A stretch of DNA of 64,000 nt, taken from assembly GCF_009914755.1 (NCBI RefSeq), contig NC_060932.1; one strand, 5' to 3'. The stretch comes from the human T2T-CHM13v2.0 reference genome, Homo sapiens. The position numbers and the translations under genes were made by a program. Positions 57,397 through 64,000 of the stretch are shown in pieces; the stretch's first letter is position 1, and every line of letters begins with the position of its first letter. The notes under the pieces are model-generated. The model searched no databases, had not been told where the DNA came from, and worked only from the letters and a program-made list of their open reading frames with translations.

Positions 57397-60300
57397 GATG
57401 ATTGCTCTCATTTGAACTGCACTGATCTCTTATCTCTACCTGATGGAAGCCCACCTCTTCTTCAAAGCCCAGCTCAAATACCACCCCAGCAGCTCACTTC
57501 AGAGTTACCTACCCATTAGGTTTCCATGTATTTTTATATGTTTATGCCTAAAAATAATAGAAGAGAAACTAACATTTATGTACCACTTTCAAAATTATCT
57601 AATGTTGTCTTCCCAACCTGGAAATGCAGATATTATCCTCATTCTAAAAGTGAAGAAAGTGATGGTCAGAGGAGGTAGTAACTCACTTAAGGACCCACAG
57701 CCATTTTATGTCCACAGAGAAATCACAAACAGGAGGAGGGTACCTATGCTGTATGAATGCATGTTTGGTGTTCTTCTTACTATCTTTGTCGGTCTTTCTT
57801 ATCAAGAAAACCTAAACTCCTGGAGATCCTTCTCAGCTGATGGTGGACTCAGGGTAAGCAGTCAAAATACTTTTTCACTATATGGATTTTAACTGGAAGA
57901 GAAAGATTTTCTTTTATGTCCCTACTTCATTTCAAGTCCAGAAAGCATCACCAGCATAGATTACAAAAGAGGATAGAGAATCTGTATCTGGGCGGTAATC
58001 TGCCTCCCCAGAAAGCCCCATCACCTCTTAAAGATCATGAGGTAAGTAATGAGGAAGGCTGGCTTCCACATTTCAGAGGGAAAAGGATCCCAGAGCTCTA
58101 GAATTATTCATAACCTCTCCTGTTTCCACTCCCTATTATAGAACAGATGGAAAAGGATTAGGGCCCACAACAACTTTGTTTGTTGGCATAAATCACCAAA
58201 GACACCTGCTATTAGCAATCTCATGGATGAATCAGTGCCTTTTGCCCAGTCAGAAGCATCGCAGATTGAAGTTAATCTCTCTCCCTTTTGCTCTCATTTT
58301 TTAAAGTGTCATAGCTTTATCCATAGAATTGCTGGGGTTTTAGCAAAATGTCCTCAGTTTGAGTCTGCTTTTTGAATCATCAGATGCTCTTAGCTCACCT
58401 ATTTGTCTGAGGGGCCCCTAAACAAAATCAAATGGCAACACCCTGCAAGAACAATACATTTGTTTCCTCTTTCAGGCCAGTTCAATCTGTATCTTTTGCT
58501 TTGTGCCTCATACATATCTTTACAAACTGCTGAAAGCTTGGTTTGGAGCTGTTCCCAGCACATGCTGATATTAATCTATGCATTTGTGGTGTGCTCTTCT
58601 TGGGCCCTGCTGAAGGAGTATTAACATGAACAGTGTCTGGATGCCTGCCTGGGAAGAAATAAACTTCACTCAAGATCCACCACGTCAAACCTTGGTTTAT
58701 CATGCTACACCTTAATAATGATGCTCAGAAGGCAAGTTCTTGCTTTCTCCTGATAGAAACCACCAACTGTCTCCCTGTCAGGTAGGACTATGAAACAGGC
58801 AGTCTATTTTGGATGATGGCCTTGGTCAGAGCCTTCCTGTCAAGGACCATGTTTGACATGTGATTTTGCTTTGCCACCTCCTACTTAACCTCCAAAGCTC
58901 TATTCACTTCCATCATCCTCCAGAAAGCCTCTCTTCACCCTTGGTTAGCACCCAGGGCTGTAAACACCCATGCTCATGCTTACCTCTGTCAATTCCACTG
59001 ATCTGTAATTACCCATTGCCTTCTCTGTCTCCATTGTAAGATTATTATCACAAATGATATTGCTGGACTCTCAAGTCCCCTGGAATCCCTTTTACCTGAA
59101 GGATTGGTGTACCTATTCCTCAATTGCTTGGGGTGTTTCAGCTCAGAACTTTCACTTGCAACTTTCTCCAGAGGATTCCTCTTGATCTTTTGAAAATGCT
59201 TCTCCTTGGAGTTTCTGGGGTTGTAATACACCATGACTCCCTCCACTACCACTGACCTTGCCTCAAGTCAGGGCAGATTCTTTGGTGCATCTTATGTTCC
59301 AGAAAGCCCCAGAAAATCAGACTTATTTAGACCTTATCTGAGACTACATTCTTATATATCTCCTTCCTCTTTATTTTGTTTCCTCATTCGTTTACCAGCT
59401 TCTCCTGAGGGTACTCCTTCAGTTAGTTACATGTGCATGAATCCCCATATCAGGCTCTGCTTCAAGGAAACTAAACCTAAGATAACTTTATAATCTCATG
59501 TAATTTTTATAACCCAAGAGACAGGTATTATTATTCCAGCTAAATAAACTGAAGTTTAGGGAGAATAAATAACTGCACAAAGCTATGTAGCAAACACTTG
59601 CCTGCCACGCATCAGGTGTTCAGTAAATAGATGTTCAATGAAATAATAATCCCAAACTGCATTGAACATACCCAGTGATCTTGATTCCTGAGACTGGGTA
59701 TTGGTTCATAATAGAATGAAACAATCTGAGGAAGGTCATGATTTGGAAGCTAGATGGGTCCCTAGGGATAAATGTAAAAAGAGGAAATCCAGATTGGTTT
59801 ATAGAGAGAAACATCAATAAATGGGTGAAATGTAGTATCAGTGGGGTCAGGAACAGGAAATGAACTTAGAACTTTAGAAGAGGGTAATAGAAATATGACC
59901 ATAAGATCCACAGTTCTAGAACGGCATTTGAAACCTCCTCATGGCCTCAGCAGGACCTGGAAATGTCCCAACGACAGAGAAGCTTCCTAAGAAACTAAGA
60001 TAGGGTATTGGGCTCAGATGAATAAAGCAGATACTGTGCTTCTTTAAATGACAGGAACAAAACTTAGTTATCACTGTAGCAATAGTGCTTAGTAGAGCGC
60101 CTGACATAGTTGGTGACACTAAATATTTATGCAATAAGCAATTGAATTAATAAAAGTTACACTATAAGGCTGAAGTATATTTGGGGCTTAAGGTAAGAAT
60201 CTAGTTATGAAAGCTCAGTGACTCTACTACCCAGGACCATCAGTCAAGTTGACTTATTTCAGAGCTTCCTGGTACCTGTGCTAAGTCCTAAAGTTATCCC

Positions 60301-60594
60301 TGCATAGGAAGTGAATCCAGATCATTTCACTTGTTTGATTCTGCTGAAGAAAGTAAAATAATTTGTGCTCAGGAGACTGGGCTTGGAAGCTAAGTGAGGC
60401 ATTTCCATGGACAAATCAGTTTCCTTCTCCAGGACTTACCATGGTTCATCTGTTAAGCTAAGCACATGAACCAGATGAACTTTCATAAGATTGTTACTTC
60501 TCTATGATGGGTGATGAGTCACTTTTTCGTCCTTTGGAAATGGGAAGTAGAATAAGCACTCCTCAATTACTTGAAGATCCCAATGAACTGCTTC

Positions 60595-62417
60595 TCACAC
60601 ATGATTCATCTTGTGTGCAGCTTTGCTCTGTTGGTGTGGACTGGTCCTACCCATGTGCTTGAGTACTCAGCTCCTATCAGCTCCACCGAGAAGCTTTCTG
60701 TATTCTATGGCACCCTAATCTTACTTTGACTCAAAGTTGGATTCATTGTCCCCTCTTCTGAACCTCTGAATTCATACCAACTCCCTACATTTTTCTCTAT
60801 CATAGCATTTATTTTCGTACATTAAAATTTTCTCTCTAGTTCTCTCTCTCTCTGTCTGCATGCATGTATCTGTCTCTCCAGCTAGATTTTGAAATTCTTA
60901 AAGAGTGATAAGCGATTTTTCCCCAAATTGATGCACCTTAAGTCTGGCATATAGTAGATTTTCACTGTCCATCAGATGAGTAAATGACATAAAGTTGCAA
61001 AAAGTTGCAGATACATGGTAATAAGACAGACCCATAAAACTTTTTAAATTTATTCTCACTGTTGATCAGGTCTTGATTCTAGAGATATCAATGCCTTGGA
61101 ATTAAAAGGAAAGCTTAGTAAAGGTTCAGAGATGGGACAGAAGTGTTAAAGCTAGAAGAGATAACCACTAATTTGAAAGCCTAGAAGTGATTCAGCTTAT
61201 ATAATAAAACACAATTGTCTTATGGTAATTATTTCAGCATTTCAATTCAGTTCAATACAACTTTATTGGGGAGATTCCCATGATCTGGAAACACTACCTC
61301 CTGAAGACAATTGAATTGCACAGGCCATAAGGGGAGAAGTGAAGAGAGGTGAGAGTAGAAAGGTAGTTAAGGGTCAGATTTGTGGTGTCCTTGGCCAACC
61401 TAGTCAAAGCAACTGAAAATTTACTGGAAAATTATAAAAGGAATTATTTACCACAAAGTATGCAACCACAATTAGTCCTCAAGTATTGCTGGCATTATGA
61501 AGAAATATCCTGAGCCTGGGAAAAACAGATACAAGAGATTTAGTCAAGTTGCTTAAAATCTTATGTGAACTAGGAGTGAAGTTGACCAACTCTTTGTGAC
61601 CACAAAGGTCAAAGCCAATGTCTTGAAGCTAATAAGCGAAGAGTTTTTATTGCTGACACATACATGCTGTTTTCTCTGTTCTGGGCAGAACTCTAAGCGC
61701 TGTACATGCAGGAGATCTTTCATTTTCCCAACATTCTTGTTGAGAATCATCCATTTTGCACAGAGAGATTAAGGAACTTGCCTAAGGTCACAACAGCTAC
61801 TGATTAGCAGGACCATGACTAAACCCAGAAAGTTAGGTCAAAGAGACTGCGCAACACTAACTTTGAAATACTGCAGTTAGCTTTTAGAAAGAACTTACTG
61901 AACTTGAAAGTTACAATATAATGGCTCTAATTTTTCCAAATGTAGGACCTCTTACTGCTCTTTTACAAAGTTTTGAAGATGTAATTAACTGTCTTTCTTA
62001 GATGACTTGGATGCAAGTATGGCTTAGAGATGGAAAGATTCAGTTGGAAAACACACTTTTTTTTCACTTTTATGTCTGTGCTTTTGTAGAGATCAAGGGC
62101 CAGAAGTTTTACAACATAGAGTTCTTCTTTGAGGGAAACCTTTGTATTTCATATAAAAGTTTATTAACTTCTCAAGGTTTATTAAACAACAAACAATAAA
62201 ATAAGTGCTATGACAGAGAAAAATGTAGGGAGTTGATATGAGTTCAGAGATTCAGAGGAGGGATAACTAAACCAACTTTGAGTTAAAGTAAGATTAGGGT
62301 GCCATAGAATACAGAAAGCTTCTCAGTAGAGCTGATATGAGCTGACTACTCAAGTACATGAGTAGGACCAGCCCACACCAATAGAGTAAAACTGCAGACA
62401 AGATGAATCACATGTGA
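60595..62417. repeat. Long inverted repeat; arms 60595-60815 and 62198-62417
   Basis: About 89% identity by manual alignment, with a perfect 40-bp core gagaagctttctgtattctatggcaccctaatcttacttt. Confidence 0.93.
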
Positions 62418-62779
62418 TTAAACATTGAGAAATACAAGTAACAGGAGGTATGTCCTCTGGAGATAAAGTGGGTGAATGGTCTGGGCATCAGGTAATTTTC
62501 TAATGAGTGTTTCTCACCTTTCAAAGGTGAGAGGAAAATGTGCACATCTCAACTGGGAACTGAGAATGGCCAAGTTTGAATGCCTTCTAAAATTTACATA
62601 CAAAAATTAGCAGAAGTAAAGTGACTTATGTAAGACCTCTGTGCTAATACATAGCAAACTAGGACATAAACTTTTAAAAATGTAAAATAATATGGTGTTT
62701 CAATTGTCTTAACATGAAAGTAACACTAACAACTTAATAATATTAGGTTGTATTTTTTTCCCAGTAGTTTTCTAGTGTA

Positions 62780-63275
62780 TGTTCATTTCTATAGCAGCTC
62801 AACACACACTTGTTGTCTGTCTTCAATGGATGAGACCTCTTCCAGGTACTGGGGGCCAGTAGGGAGCAAACAGATAAGGTCTCCACTCCCCTGGAGCTCC
62901 AACACTAGACATGGCAGGGTGGGAGTGTCTCAAACAAGAAGAAATCAATGAGTCTATTCAATTATGAATAAATGAATACATTATGAGAAGAAGTAAGTCT
63001 AAGTGAGGGCAAAGTAATAAGAATGGCAGCAAATACTTCAGTTTGGGCATTCATGGGAGGGTGTTTGAGAGAGTGACATTTATACTGAGTTCTAATTGGT
63101 AAGGCATTGGTCGAACAAGGGAAAGCACACTCAAAGGCAGAACTAAGCTTGGCCTAAGAGAGGATCTTGATGAACTGGCATGAGAAGAGTGGTGTGATAT
63201 TTGATCTGAGAGGTAGGCAGAGGTCATAGAATGTGTGCTTTGTTAATCAGAAGAAGGAATCTGGTGGGAAGCTAC
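62780..63275. mobile_element. L2 fragment
   Basis: ccaggtactggg..aaacagataaggtctccactcccctggagctc..gtgacatttatactgag..gagaggtaggcagaggtca. Confidence 0.55.
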
Positions 63276-63339
63276 TAGAGGGGTGTGTGTCTGTTATGTT
63301 TGTCTTTTGTGCACACGTGTGAATGTGCTTTTATAAGCT

Positions 63340-63860
63340 CGGAGCTACAGTTTTGATTTTTTCTATTTTTTCGTATGTACAAAATGTATAAGAAATAATT
63401 TAATAACAATATATATGCCATTGCCCTTTAAGAAGAGAAATATTAAAAATAACCTATTTTATTTTCCTCATGATTCCATTACTATATTCTCTTCATCACT
63501 TTTTTGCTCCCATCATCTTTCCAAGACATAACCTCTAACATGAATTTGATGACTTTCATTACTCTTCCTGTCTTCATATTTTTAGAGCACATGTAAGCAT
63601 CCTTGAATAATTACAATATTGTTTGGCAAATTTGTAACATTTACATATATAACATCATATTGAATGTTTTCTGCAACTTTTTTCTTCAATATTATATTTG
63701 TGAGATGTATCCATATTGATTTTGTTGTATGTAATGCAACAATTTTGTTTTCCATTCTATTGCAAATCAGTATTTTGATTTTTTTTTCAAAATGTTTACT
63801 ATCACAAAACACTGCCACAATGAACATTCTGGTATGCCTTATTGTTTGAGAGGTAGTCTG
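63340..63860 (-). mobile_element. L1ME-like 3' fragment
   Basis: Track 63582..63893 includes TRMFIVAVF, similar to the ORF2 C-terminus TRMFIAALF; old L1 3'UTR motifs. Confidence 0.65.
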
Positions 63861-64000
63861 AGGCAGTGATTCCCAATCTTTTTCAATATGCATAAAATAT
63901 GCATAAACATAATAATTCAGATGAGACTGCTTAAGGCGAGAGACAGACCATGGGCTGAGGGGAGGAGTGCCTCAGCCCGCCAGTAATCCATTAAGATACA

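Noticed and set aside
57443-57892. 149-aa ORF
   Set aside because: Runs through L2/MIR-like remnants, with no recognisable domain or coding bias.

Overview
Repeat-rich, AT-rich primate (human-like) non-coding DNA, intronic or intergenic. I find no host protein-coding gene, RNA gene or CRISPR array. The dominant elements are: (1) a full-length, minus-strand L1PA2-like LINE-1 (about 3.09-9.12 kb) with disabled ORF1/ORF2 but an intact 71-aa antisense ORF0; (2) a 5.87-kb HERV-H provirus (26061-31928) with two LTR7-type LTRs, a His-tRNA PBS, a PPT and an ATGAC target-site duplication; (3) a near full-length old L1MB-like element (about 20.6-32.7 kb) that hosts the provirus and itself appears to sit inside an older L1 3' end. 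There are also six Alus, MaLR/ERVL solo LTRs, Tigger/hAT DNA transposons, L2/MIR fragments and microsatellites. Structure that repeat annotation does not explain clusters at 51-62.5 kb: three short local duplications copied 1.6-3.1 kb from their source (one inserted inside an MLT1 LTR, one forming a 220-bp inverted repeat), and a Tigger4a-like element whose two ends carry mirror-image (CA)n/(TG)n expansions. I cannot support a new gene system from this sequence. Subfamily names come from my memory of consensus sequences, and mismatch counts were made by eye.
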